Origin: Eledone cirrhosa | Lineage: Eukaryota | Direction: 5' to 3' | DNA length: 64,000 bases | NCBI GenBank assembly: GCA_964016885.1 | Contig: OZ024741.1 | Span: 97,712,001 to 97,776,000, forward strand | Shown: piece after piece, positions 14,857-29,735 of the stretch | How positions within the stretch are numbered: position 1 is the first letter of the stretch | Layout of the letters: the number at the start of each line of letters is the position of its first letter | Notes under the pieces: model-generated | The model's input: the letters and a program-made list of their open reading frames with translations, nothing else | Databases searched by the model: none | Told to the model about the DNA's origin: nothing | Translations under genes and position numbers: made by a program

Positions 14857-15672
14857 AATTTCTTTATTAGCCACAAGGGCACAAAAGAAGGGGACAAATA
14901 CAAATGGGGAGTTTACATACAGGTATATGAAAATAAAACTATTAATAAAATAACAAATAACAATTGATATCCCCAATAGGGGCGATGGTGTTACACAGGG
15001 GTGTTACACACCCCGAAAAAATGTACAACCCGCATCTCCAGGAGCACCAAGAGCGAGTCCTCCCTTCCTCTCTTTCTCTTTTTCCTCAACCTACAGGCTT
15101 ATATAGAGAGAAGGCCCAGCCACCCGGGCCATCTTTGCCACATTCACCCACCTTTTATAAAAATTGCTGCGTTACAGCACCTCCCTCTCCATCCTGATTC
15201 TTCTTCCAAAATGATATTTGAAAAAACGAATCAGTTGCTAGCCGGAGAGAAAGGTGTCTGGCCTCAGCCCTTTTAATCTCGTCCAACATATAACCTCTTT
15301 CACCATAGCCATAACACACAGGAAAACCGCCTCTCCCTCGTTTTTGAAGAGGGTGGCGGTTTGATCATGACAATGGACTTGGTGGTCAACTGGATTGGTT
15401 CCACCCGCGACAATAGTCGTTCTACATAGCCCCACAGGTCGGTAACGCCCGGGTAGTGTACAAATGCGTGCGCGACGGTTTCCTCGTGGCGCACGCATCT
15501 CGGACAGATCTTTTTCGAAGGGTCCCTACCCGGGCGCCCGTGTTTGTAGAGCTTGTCTTGAACTGGTAGAGCTGCCAGGCCAGGGACTTTTGGAAGTTGT
15601 CCATTGGTCCCTACCGAACAGATTGGCCAGTTCGTCCTCCTCTATGTCTAGAGTTTCTCCGAGTCGTCGCAC
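14857..15672 (-). mobile_element. 5'-truncated Tx1-clade LINE, copy 1
   Basis: Frameshifted ORF2 C-terminus (MDNFQKSLAWQ, EETVAHAFVHY, EVICWTRLKG). The 3' end has AATAAA followed by (TCTA)n/(TC)n. Confidence 0.85.
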
Positions 15673-15708
15673 TATCTCTCTCTCTATATATATAGAGATA
15701 GATAGATA

Positions 15709-17083
15709 TGTTTCTTTTATTTGCCACCAGGGCATCAAAAGTGGGACAAGTACAATGGGGGGGGTTTACAAAACAAGGCGTCCTCAATAAGGAGGAGGCA
15801 ATAACAATATATAAAAATAAAATAAAATATAACAAAAAATAAAATTTATAACAAAGTCCTCAATAGAGAGGAGGCGCCTTGGTGTGCAACCCTTCTCCTT
15901 CGGAGCACAGAGAAGGGGTGCTCCCTTGGTCTTTCATCTTCCTCACCTATAGTCTGATGTAGAGTGAAGGCCAAATCACACGGGCCATTCTCGCCACTTT
16001 CACCCATCTTTCATAAAAAGGGCTGAGGTGCAGCACCTCTCTCTCCATCCTGATCCTTCTTCCGAAATGATATCGGAAGAAACGGACCAGTTGTTGGCCA
16101 GAGAGAAAGGTGTCTGACCTCAGTCCTTTCAGACGCGTCCACCATACAACCTCTTTCGCCATGGCTATTACGTACAGAAACACCGCCTCTCCTTCGTTTT
16201 TGAAGAGGGGAGGCGGCTTGATCGTTACAATAGGCTCGGTGGTCAACCGGAGCGGTCCCACCTTGACAGCAGTTGTTCGACATAGCCCCACAGATCGGCA
16301 ATGCCCGAGCAGTGTACCAATGCGTGTGCAACGGTTTCCTCGTCGCACACGCATCTGGGACAGATCTTTTTCGATGGGTCCCTACCCGGGCGCCCGTGTC
16401 TGTAGAGCCTTTCTCGAACGGGCAGATACCTTCTATAGCATTGCCAGGCCAGGGACCTCTGGAAGTTATCCATGGGTCCCGGGCTGAATGTCCTACCGAA
16501 TAGGTTGGCCAGTTCGTCTTCCTCCATGCCTAGGGCTTCTCCGAGGGCGTCGTCGCACCTGCTAACCACCAGCCCTCTATAGAATGACGAGGTGGATTCT
16601 CCACTGACAGCCGGGTCCGCCTGCCAGAGAGCCGTGAGCGCCTGGGCACACTCGGTGTGCCAGGCGCCCAGTTTTCTCGGTCTTTGCTTGACCCAGGATT
16701 GCAGCTCAGTGAGTGAGACGAGTCTGGGAAAGGCTCGCCTCACAAACGGGGCCCCACACCGGTTGACCGGAGAGGAATACCTGAAGGTGCCGTAGCCTTA
16801 ATGCGTGTTTACGTATCATTAGCCCTCCTTTCGAAGGGTGTTGACAGCAGATGGATCTCCTCACCATAGGAGCCCGCTTCTTCCAAAGGAATTGGAAGAG
16901 TGCGCGCTCCATTTTGGCGAGCGTTTTCCTTGGGCAAGGCACAACGGTCAGGCGGTAGTAGATGACGGACGCTATATAAGTGTTCGCTACCTCCGCCCGA
17001 CCTTTCAGGGACAGTTTACACTCGGCCCACTTCTGGGTCAGTGCAAACACCCTGTTCGTTACCTCACCCCAGTTTTTCTCCAC
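15709..17083 (-). mobile_element. 5'-truncated Tx1-clade LINE, copy 2
   Basis: KWAECKLSLKGRAEVANTYIASVIYY..FLW..GGL post-RT region and zinc knuckle CPRC..EETVAHALVHC, both typical of L1/Tx1 ORF2; frameshifted. Confidence 0.9.
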
Positions 17084-17090
17084 TATATAG

Positions 17091-17127
<37 letters not shown>

Positions 17128-18315
17128 TAGATATTATGTATCTATATATATACACAAACATATATATATATATATGATGGACTCTTTCATCAATATCCAA
17201 TGTATGAGTGTCCAACAGAAGTTAAATGTGAGAAAGTAAACTGATGTTGAAATACCCACACAAAGTTTTGTTTTAAATGGTGAAGGCTTGTGTAGGACCA
17301 ACCACACTTTTTGGAACTGATGACACATATCTTCGGTGCAAATTTTTGCCACGGATAATTCAACGACAGCCCTCAGCTTTTTATGCCTCGGAGTTTACCC
17401 TCTCCTTATAAAAGAAAGATTCTATTTGGATGGCTGTTGACTCTGCTGAATTCCTCCGCCTTTTGCAGGTCTTGTATTTCATCCCGCAGGGTGTCCAAAT
17501 ACCATCGGCCTCCCAAGCAAGCTTGGTGGGTTTGCGAGTTTAGTCGCCGACGACAAACCACGAGACAGGCTGTACTGGGTGACATGTTACTAGTAGCACT
17601 CGAGAGCGACCTGACATACATACACACACAGATATATATATATATAGTTAGAGAAGCAAAAAATTGCTTATTGTAATCCAGTTTTTGGTTAAGAAAGCCA
17701 GTTTCGTTGATGGTTTCAACGTACGGTTAGGGGTAACTCACAAGTTTGTAAGAATTCCGTTCAATCTTGGAGTATAAGTATAAAAGAGAAAACACAGGTA
17801 AACATTAAGAGAAGGATTTAATCCAGGTATTTACGACCGTTTCATTGGTAAGTGCAACCTTATATTGCTATACTGCAAATAGCAGCCACTCAATTATAAT
17901 TGTTGTTCACAGTCCAAATTTTCAAAATAGTGAGTTACTCTTGAAATAGTTCTTAATATATAGAGAAAAACATTTATTTGGAATTGTATTTACTAGTATA
18001 GAGAGAGAGAGAGGAATCAGGAGGTGAGAGGACAGACGGCATAGTATAGTGAGAGAGGAAGGGGGAAAGGGTAGGAAGTAGAATGACAAACTGAGGTGGT
18101 GGTAGGGGTAGAGGTGGAAGGATTCTTTGGTCAGTTTTGATAGCAGACATCATGTCGTGGAGTGTAGTGAGTTAAGGAGAATTAAATAGATAATAGTGGG
18201 AGGGATGGATGGAGAGGGAGAGAGAGAGAGAGGGGGGAGATATAAAGAGATAAATATATATATATATATATATACACACATACATACATACACATACACA
18301 CATATACACACACAT

Positions 18316-18376
<61 letters not shown>

Positions 18377-18379
18377 TAT

Positions 18380-18410
<31 letters not shown>

Positions 18411-18688
18411 TACACATATATATATACACATATATATATATACATATATATATATATAAATAAAAATAAAGATAATAATGACAAAAATAAAAGCAAAGAA
18501 GGGGGTGATAAGGAAGAAAGGAAAAGATAGCCAAGAAGAGAGAAGGAAGGAAGAAACCGAAGAAATAGAAGAGGAATGAGGGAGAAGGGGGGGGGATATA
18601 TGTATTGGTTTTGTGGGTAATTAAAGGGTCTAGATATAAGAGGGTATAAAGTCTAAGTATATGCAGTTTGTCAGTTGGTAGTAAGAGG

Positions 18689-19125
18689 TTAAGTGTTCGA
18701 TTTGTAGTGCGAAAATTTCTCTTTGAGTCTATGGTTACAATAAATTGATCTCTCAATTTTATTGTTGAGTAACCTATTCTTCGAACTTAAGATGTGGAAC
18801 AGCTCAAGGTTGCATAATCGACAGCTTCTCATACCACTCCGATATGGGGGCGCGTTTGATAATTTTTTCCACTTCAGGGTGTATTGATGGTTACTTTCCC
18901 TCAGTTGCCAGGTCTTGTTTGCAAGGGTAGTTACATAACGGTGCTGGGAATGTTTCATTGCGTAACTGTGTGTATACCAACGAGCTTTAAAAGTATTCCC
19001 AGTCGCTCCGATGTAATACCATTTCTGGTTGTCTGATTCCACTGTGCATTGGTAAACCAGGTTAGACTGCATACATTCATTTTGTAATGGACAGGTTTCA
19101 GGTAGGTGGCAGTTGCATTTCTTGT
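18689..19125 (-). pseudogene. PLE GIY-YIG endonuclease fragment (Naiad type)
   Basis: KCNCHLPETCPLQNEC, LVYQC..YYIGAT and CRLCNLE..LLN..E..CNH match the CxC..CP..C / GIY-YIG / CxxC..CxH layout of Naiad PLEs. No RT upstream. Confidence 0.88.
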
Positions 19126-19295
19126 TATGGGCAACTTTGACATTATTTGTGGGCTGCGATGCCTGAACAAGTGTGTTACGTTTTGTTTGCCTATTAGCGG
19201 GTGGTTGTGTATTAGATATTCTGTTGTGTTCGGTGGTAATTGTATTGTTATTGTTGTAAATTTGTGTTTTGGTGTTGTTATGTATCTTTTTAGCG

Positions 19296-19475
19296 GTGGA
19301 TTGGCAGTATTAGTAGAGGGTCGGACGCCATGCTTTCAAGCATAGTTACGTCCCTTTACGATCTGAGTTCAAATCCCGCCAAGGTTGACTTTGCCTTTCA
19401 TCCTTACGGGGTCGATAAAATAAAGTACCAGTAATGCACTGGGTAATTGCTGGCCTTGTGCCTAAAGTAGAAACA
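19296..19475 (+). mobile_element. tRNA-derived SINE inserted into the PLE
   Basis: Perfect 19-bp TSD GTTATGTATCTTTTTAGCG at 19277-19295 and 19476-19494. B-box GAGTTCAAATCCC. Central GCCTTTCATCCTTACGGGGTCGATAAAATAAAGTACC resembles the MetaSINE domain (from memory). Confidence 0.93.
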
Positions 19476-19931
19476 GTTATGTATCTTTTTAGCGTTAAGC
19501 ATCTTAATATGTCGATTATGCAACCTTGAGCTGTTCCACATCTTAAGTTTGAAGAATAGGTTACTCAACAATAAAATTGAGAGATCAATTTATTGTAACC
19601 ATAGACTCAAAGAGAAATTTTCGCACTACAAATCGAACACTTAACCTCTTACTACCAACTGACAAACTGCATATACTTAGACTTTATACCCTCTTATATC
19701 TAGACCCTTTAATTACCCTCAAAACCAATACATATATCCCCCCTTCTCCCTCATTCCTCTTCTATTTCTTCGGTTCCTTCCTTCCTTCTCTCTTCTTGGC
19801 TATCTTTTCCTTTCTTCCTTCTCACCCCCTTCTTTGCTTTTATTTTTGTCATTATTATCTTTATTTTTATTTATATATATATATATGTATATATATATAT
19901 GTGTATATGTGTGTGTGTGTGTATGTATATA

Positions 19932-19976
<45 letters not shown>

Positions 19977-20008
19977 ATGTGTATGTATATGTGTGTATGT
20001 GTATGTAT

Positions 20009-20042
<34 letters not shown>

Positions 20043-20502
20043 TTATCTCTTTATATCTCCCCCCTCTCTCTCTCTCTCCCTCTCCATCCATCCCTCCCAC
20101 TATTATCTATTTAATTCTCCTTAACTCACTACACTCCACGACATGATGTCTGCTATCAAAACTGACCAAAGAATCCTTCCACCTCTACCCCTACCACCAC
20201 CTCAGTTTGTCATTCTACGTCCTACCCTTTCCCCCTTCCTCTCTCTCTATACTATGCCGTCTGTCCTCTCACCTCCTGATTCCTCTCTCTATACTAGTAA
20301 ATACAATTCCAAATAAATGTTTTTCTCTATATATTAAGAACTATTTCAAGAGTAACTCACTATTTTGAAAATTTGGACTGTGAACAACAATTATAATTGA
20401 GTGGCTGCTATTTGCAGTATAGCAATATAAGGTTGCACTTACCAATGAAACGGTCGTAAATACCTGGATTAAATCCTTCTCTTAATGTTTACCTGTGTTT
20501 TC

Positions 20503-20588
<86 letters not shown>

Positions 20589-20593
<5 letters not shown>

Positions 20594-21146
20594 TTAAAGG
20601 TTAATTAGTCTCTAATACCTAAACATCTCAATAAAAGAAATCTCTCAGAGGAACAATATTAGATTTTAAAATTAAGTGAGAAAAAACTTTAAATATGTGA
20701 GTATGAACAAGATACACAATAAGAATTATGTCTACAATCGCTTATATATAATACTCCTTACCATGGTTTCATATGGGAGAATAATTATTATTGGAACCTC
20801 CAATAATTGAAGAATCTGCCATAATCTTTAGGGGAGTTCAGTTATACAAGAGCAAAGAGAAATTGAACAAGATATAATACATACTGTTTCATTTACCAAG
20901 GCTGCATGCTGGAATGAAAACACGCGTAGTGTTTGGTTATCAAAACCCTCTAGCATGTTAGGTCTACTTGACAAGCTTATAATGTCGCTAGAAATAACAG
21001 CCCCCCTCCCCCCCAAAAAAGACATCTGGTACAGCTCGACAAATCGACGAGCAGTTTAATATTAATTAAAGGCTAATTAAGCTCTAATACTTAAACATCT
21101 CAACGAGAGATATCACTCAGAGAAATTAACCTCTAATTAATATTAA
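20589..21146 (-). mobile_element. 472-bp terminally redundant element with decayed HHR and short fold-back
   Basis: Direct repeat at 20589 and 21061; 21124-21146 is an inverted copy of 21056-21078; HHR-like motif at 20753-20837 on the minus strand. Confidence 0.6.
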
Positions 21147-21390
21147 GCGACAACTTCTGCAACAACAGAAGCATGAGTAATGAAGGAACAGTAGACATGT
21201 CGAATATGTTGTTCTAATATATAGTTATATTTATTGTACGAAGAGAACCAAACCAAGTGATATAATTGCTTAGTTAGAGAGAAATGTTACATAAATGTAG
21301 AAGTGTATTGTATTCTTTTTCCAATCTTTATATTACTCTAATCAGAAAACAAAACTGAGTCCATAGAAGCATTAGATTGGGAAACAAAAA

Positions 21391-21484
<94 letters not shown>

Positions 21485-21487
<3 letters not shown>

Positions 21488-24400
21488 TATAGACATAGAA
21501 TATTCGAAAATATTCTGTATGTTTATAATAAACATTTTGAAGACCTAATCGCTATAGAATAGAATACGTCACGTATTACAATTAGATTCTCGATAAAAGC
21601 AAGGGAAGTAATCTACGCGTTTCATTCTTATTAGAAATCTTCAGGACCACATATCCAGTGCTTTTATCGAGAATGACACAGCTAGAGACTTATAGAATAC
21701 TTAGCTGTGTACAGGAACTGGTTTGAAAGAGCGGTTGCCGGTCCGGCAGAAATTAGAAATTGGAATAAATGCTCTGAAATAGCGATATATATGTGAATAT
21801 AGACATAGAATATTCGAAAATATTCTGTATGTTTATAATAAACATTTTGAAGACCTAATCGCTATAGAATAGAATACGTCACGTATTACAATTAGATTCT
21901 CGATAAAAGCAAGGGAAGTAATCTACGCGTTTCATTCTTATTAGAAATCTTCAGGACCACATATCCAGTGCTTTTATCGAGAATGACACAGCTAGAGACT
22001 TATAGAATACTTAGCTGTGTACAGGAACTGGTTTGAAAGAGCGGTTGCCGGTCCGGCAGAAATTAGAAATTGGAATAAATGCTCTGAAATAGCGATATAT
22101 ATGTGAATATAGACATAGAATATTCGAAAATATTCTGTATGTTTATAATAAACATTTTGAAGACCTAATCGCTATAGAATAGAATACGTCACGTATTACA
22201 ATTAGATTCTCGATAAAAGCAAGGGAAGTAATCTACGCGTTTCATTCTTATTAGAAATCTTCAGGACCACATATCCAGTGCTTTTATCGAGAATGACACA
22301 GCTAGAGACTTATAGAATACTTAGCTGTGTACAGGAACTGGTTTGAAAGAGCGGTTGCCGGTCCGGCAGAAATTAGAAATTGGAATAAATGCTCTGAAAT
22401 AGCGATATATATGTGAATATAGACATAGAATATTCGAAAATATTCTGTATGTTTATAATAAACATTTTGAAGACCTAATCGCTATAGAATAGAATACGTC
22501 ACGTATTACAATTAGATTCTCGATAAAAGCAAGGGAAGTAATCTACGCGTTTCATTCTTGCTTTTATCGAGAATCTAATTGTAATACGTGACGTATTCTA
22601 TTCTATAGCGATTAGGTCTTCAAAATGTTTATTATAAACATACAGAATATTTTCGAATATTCTATGTCTATATTCACATATATATCGCTATTTCAGAGCA
22701 TTTATTCCAATTTCTAATTTCTGCCGGACCGGCAACCGCTCTTTCAAACCAGTTCCTGTACACAGCTAAGTATTCTATAAGTCTCTAGCTGTGTCATTCT
22801 CGATAAAAGCACTGGATATGTGGTCCTGAAGATTTCTAATAAGAATGAAACGCGTAGATTACTTCCCTTGCTTTTATCGAGAATCTAATTGTAATACGTG
22901 ACGTATTCTATTCTATAGCGATTAGGTCTTCAAAATGTTTATTATAAACATACAGAATATTTTCGAATATTCTATGTCTATATTCACATATATATCGCTA
23001 TTTCAGAGCATTTATTCCAATTTCTAATTTCTGCCGGACCGGCAACCGCTCTTTCAAACCAGTTCCTGTACACAGCTAAGTATTCTATAAGTCTCTAGCT
23101 GTGTCATTCTCGATAAAAGCACTGGATATGTGGTCCTGAAGATTTCTAATAAGAATGAAACGCGTAGATTACTTCCCTTGCTTTTATCGAGAATCTAATT
23201 GTAATACGTGACGTATTCTATTCTATAGCGATTAGGTCTTCAAAATGTTTATTATAAACATACAGAATATTTTCGAATATTCTATGTCTATATTCACATA
23301 TATATCGCTATTTCAGAGCATTTATTCCAATTTCTAATTTCTGCCGGACCGGCAACCGCTCTTTCAAACCAGTTCCTGTACACAGCTAAGTATTCTATAA
23401 GTCTCTAGCTGTGTCATTCTCGATAAAAGCACTGGATATGTGGTCCTGAAGATTTCTAATAAGAATGAAACGCGTAGATTACTTCCCTTGCTTTTATCGA
23501 GAATCTAATTGTAATACGTGACGTATTCTATTCTATAGCGATTAGGTCTTCAAAATGTTTATTATAAACATACAGAATATTTTCGAATATTCTATGTCTA
23601 TATTCACATATATATCGCTATTTCAGAGCATTTATTCCAATTTCTAATTTCTGCCGGACCGGCAACCGCTCTTTCAAACCAGTTCCTGTACACAGCTAAG
23701 TATTCTATAAGTCTCTAGCTGTGTCATTCTCGATAAAAGCACTGGATATGTGGTCCTGAAGATTTCTAATAAGAATGAAACGCGTAGATTACTTCCCTTG
23801 CTTTTATCGAGAATCTAATTGTAATACGTGACGTATTCTATTCTATAGCGATTAGGTCTTCAAAATGTTTATTATAAACATACAGAATATTTTCGAATAT
23901 TCTATGTCTATATTCACATATATATCGCTATTTCAGAGCATTTATTCCAATTTCTAATTTCTGCCGGACCGGCAACCGCTCTTTCAAACCAGTTCCTGTA
24001 CACAGCTAAGTATTCTATAAGTCTCTAGCTGTGTCATTCTCGATAAAAGCACTGGATATGTGGTCCTGAAGATTTCTAATAAGAATGAAACGCGTAGATT
24101 ACTTCCCTTGCTTTTATCGAGAATCTAATTGTAATACGTGACGTATTCTATTCTATAGCGATTAGGTCTTCAAAATGTTTATTATAAACATACAGAATAT
24201 TTTCGAATATTCTATGTCTATATTCACATATATATCGCTATTTCAGAGCATTTATTCCAATTTCTAATTTCTGCCGGACCGGCAACCGCTCTTTCAAACC
24301 AGTTCCTGTACACAGCTAAGTATTCTATAAGTCTCTAGCTGTGTCATTCTCGATAAAAGCACTGGATATGTGGTCCTGAAGATTTCTAATAAGAATGAAA

Positions 24401-25190
24401 CGCGTAGATTACTTCCCTTGCTTTTATCGAGAATCTAATTGTAATACGTGACGTATTCTATTCTATAGCGATTAGGTCTTCAAAATGTTTATTATAAACA
24501 TACAGAATATTTTCGAATATTCTATGTCTATATTCACATATATATCGCTATTTCAGAGCATTTATTCCAATTTCTAATTTCTGCCGGACCGGCAACCGCT
24601 CTTTCAAACCAGTTCCTGTACACAGCTAAGTATTCTATAAGTCTCTAGCTGTGTCATTCTCGATAAAAGCACTGGATATGTGGTCCTGAAGATTTCTAAT
24701 AAGAATGAAACGCGTAGATTACTTCCCTTGCTTTTATCGAGAATCTAATTGTAATACGTGACGTATTCTATTCTATAGCGATTAGGTCTTCAAAATGTTT
24801 ATTATAAACATACAGAATATTTTCGAATATTCTATGTCTATATTCACATATATATCGCTATTTCAGAGCATTTATTCCAATTTCTAATTTCTGCCGGACC
24901 GGCAACCGCTCTTTCAAACCAGTTCCTGTACACAGCTAAGTATTCTATAAGTCTCTAGCTGTGTCATTCTCGATAAAAGCACTGGATATGTGGTCCTGAA
25001 GATTTCTAATAAGAATGAAACGCGTAGATTACTTCCCTTGCTTTTATCGAGAATCTAATTGTAATACGTGACGTATTCTATTCTATAGCGATTAGGTCTT
25101 CAAAATGTTTATTATAAACATACAGAATATTTTCGAATATTCTATGTCTATATTCACATATATATCGCTATTTCAGAGCATTTATTCCAA
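21485..25190. mobile_element. Retrozyme-like array of 310-bp units (3.5 inverted + 8.5 forward)
   Basis: Exact 310-bp period (units start 21485, 21795, 22105, 22415). Orientation flips at ~22557 and there is (TA)n at both ends. Each complete unit carries one type I HHR. Confidence 0.9.
22820..22862 (+). ncRNA. Type I hammerhead ribozyme (8 copies on + every 310 bp; 3 on - at 21608, 21918, 22228)
   Basis: GUGGUC-CUGAAGA-UUUCU(AAUA)AGAAU-GAAA-CGCG-UA^GAUUAC. 6-bp stem I, palindromic stem III, and a 16-bp distal stem ATTCTCGATAAAAGCA/TGCTTTTATCGAGAAT. Confidence 0.88.
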
Positions 25191-25286
25191 TATATATATA
25201 TATATATAAATGAAAGTATAGAAATTATTGTGAGCGTGAAGGCAACAGTATTTCATAATATATATATATATATTCTTTTTGGCTCC

Positions 25287-27332
<2,046 letters not shown>

Positions 27333-28954
27333 TATATATATATATATACTTGAAAAATATGAAGTCATTAAAAATAATTGAATTCGTATTCCATAGCTGA
27401 GATTCTGATTATTGGAAGCAGAGTAGATAAAAGAAACGAGTATGTTCCGTGTTATTTTACCTCCTTGATATATCGACAAACCCAACAAGGTTGATGCATA
27501 CGCTTTTACATAGAGGAAAGAAAAATGCAAATAAGCTTCAACGTGCATAATAAACACATAAAAGTAAACGAACTAAGAGTAATAAAGCAAATATGGTATG
27601 GAATGGAATGAATCATATAAATGTGGATGTACCTTCGCCCGACTTATGTTATATTATATCTTTCTATATTCCTTCTTCAGTCAGTTTATTTATTTGCGTC
27701 ACTAGTATAAATGAAACCATATACTCGACTAAGCAGAAAATTTAAATTAAGTGAGTGTATCGAATATTAACACAGCATACAAGATGTATGCGTTAAGGCT
27801 TTTGCTTCACTCATATTGGTTATTGGTATTAACATCTTTTGCGTAAAATTGTTGTGCCTTTCATATATTTCATATATGGGCATGATGTATGAAGTGAAAT
27901 TTGACATGGAATTTATTTACTTAGAATATTAAAGATAAATATAAAAATGATACTAAACAGAAATGAAATTAAGTTTATTTCAATGAATTCTATATTAGAT
28001 ATCGGAAATTTGACTCTGTTCTTCATTTGAGAGTTCGGCCTAATAGAACAAGGATAATAAAAATCTGAAACTATAAGATGCACGTCCTTTTCCTCAGCTA
28101 CATAATGTATACCATACATAATGTGTGTTTTTAAGCTAATGTAATATATTATATATAAATATATATAAATCAATATGCATACACATTTAAACACACATGC
28201 ATACATACATACACACTCATACACATATATATATATATATGTGTGTGTATGTTCGTACAAGCGAACATGTGCACACATGTTTTCTAATATAATAAATAAT
28301 ATTAATTAACGCTATATATATATATATGTATATATATTAAGAGAGGGAGAGATAGAGAGAGGGAGAGATAGAGAGAGAGGGAGAGAGAGAGAAATAGATA
28401 GATAGATAAATTAGATAAATAGATTGAGAGATAGATGCGTTTAAGTATGTACATAGCTATATATATTTATAAATGAATGCATGTATATAAGATAGTGTCT
28501 CACATATAAACTGCTGTGAGAAAAACAAATTACGTTACTCGATATTATACCAGAAATCCGAAAATATGAAGCTTATTCGAGATTGTTCAAAATATATATG
28601 ACGCACGAATGAAGATATCTCCAAATATATCAGGAACTCAGAGATTTGTAAAGCAAAAACAGCACAGTAAATGGATAATATAAATTCTGAGGACAACTGG
28701 TGAGAGCGATGGATATGTTCTGATAATATTGAAACATTTTACCCACAATTTATTCATCATGGAACGATAAAATGTATATATAGAAAAATTGAGAGTAGTT
28801 AAATCGACATGTTTCCATAATTTGTAAAGACAATACATATCGACGGAGTGTAACGGGTGATGTATCTATCTATATACCTATCGCTCTCTCATGTCCTTTC
28901 ACTCGCTCTCTAAATCGTATTTATTTAATTCTAGTAACTTTGGAATTATCAATG

Positions 28955-29135
28955 TGTTCTAATTTAGTCACAAGGCCAGCAATATTGGTTCATGGTAAGG
29001 TCACTTAGACCTATATATGTATTTTATCAATAACATAAGGAGGAAAAGCAATGATAAACTCGGCTCTATTCGAAATCAAAACATAAAATGTTGCGCCTAA
29101 ACGCCACAATACATCATTCCGACGCTCTAACGATC
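28955..29135 (-). mobile_element. Degenerate SINE copy
   Basis: TTCTAATTTAGTCACAAGGCCAGCAAT tail and CCGACGCTCTAACGAT head fragment of the same family. Confidence 0.6.
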
Positions 29136-29394
29136 GTGACACTCATGCCTTTGCAACTTTGTGATTAGTAATTACAGAATAGTAACCAAAAATTATTAGA
29201 TTGAATAAAAATGCAATGTACAGTTAAAATACAGTGTTGTTAAGATTTAAATTTTAAAGCACGAGACATAAGTTTCGATCCCAATGGGAGTCGTATATAT
29301 ATGTATATATATATATATATGTTTGTGTGTATGTGTGTTGGGGGGGGGGGGTTATATATATATAATTATATATATATAAATATATATATAAATA

Positions 29395-29702
29395 AAAAAA
29401 GATGAAATCGAAAATGCAACTGGAGTCTTATTTTTAAAAAAATATATATATTTATTTGGTTCCTTTACGGGTTTCGCAGTTCTTCTGTGCTTTTTCTCAC
29501 ATCCGTGAGAAAAACCACAGATCCTCCATCTCAACTCTACTTTTGAAAAGCAGAAGAACTACGAAACCGGTAAAGGAACCAAATAAATATATATTTAAAA
29601 AAAAAATAAGACTCCAGTTGCATTTCGATTTCATCTTTTTTTCTTTATACTTTCACTCGCGTAGGAAACCTCGGCTTTTTTCATTTTGTAAAAAAACCTC
29701 AC

Positions 29703-29710
<8 letters not shown>
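29395..29710. repeat. Fold-back element between TA tracts (family also at 41380-41645 and 50008-50325)
   Basis: Inverted arms ~29395-29486 / ~29550-29642; shared motif GAAATCGAAAATGCAACTGGAGTCTT. Confidence 0.8.

Positions 29711-29735
<25 letters not shown>

Larger units (their letters stand above)
17647..20510 (-). mobile_element. Naiad-type Penelope-like element, 5'-truncated, with inverted pLTR copy
   Basis: Near-identical inverted arms 17779-18823 and 19510-20510, a GIY-YIG ORF on the minus strand, and (TA)n at both ends. Confidence 0.9.

Noticed and set aside
17406-17627. Possible host exon on the minus strand after a CAG acceptor
   Set aside because: No recognisable protein, no clear donor or partner exons; more likely TE-derived.
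19073-19125. Selenocysteine in the Naiad CxC..CP..C motif (reported for some Naiads)
   Set aside because: Both this copy and the one at ~38600-38650 have ordinary Cys codons and no in-frame TGA in the motif.
19577-20146. 189-aa hydrophobic ORF and its mirror 18172-18756
   Set aside because: Alternative frame over the pLTR pyrimidine tract and microsatellite.
20355-20465. HHR in the pLTR of the 17647-20510 Naiad (TTGAAAA-TTTGG...CCAAT-GAAA-CGG-TC)
   Set aside because: The 3' half is plausible, but the 5' core has two mismatches and stem I does not abut it; not called.
21485-25190. CRISPR array or ordinary satellite interpretation
   Set aside because: No variable spacers or cas genes, and the context is eukaryotic. 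The HHR, inversion and TA flanks fit a retrozyme better.
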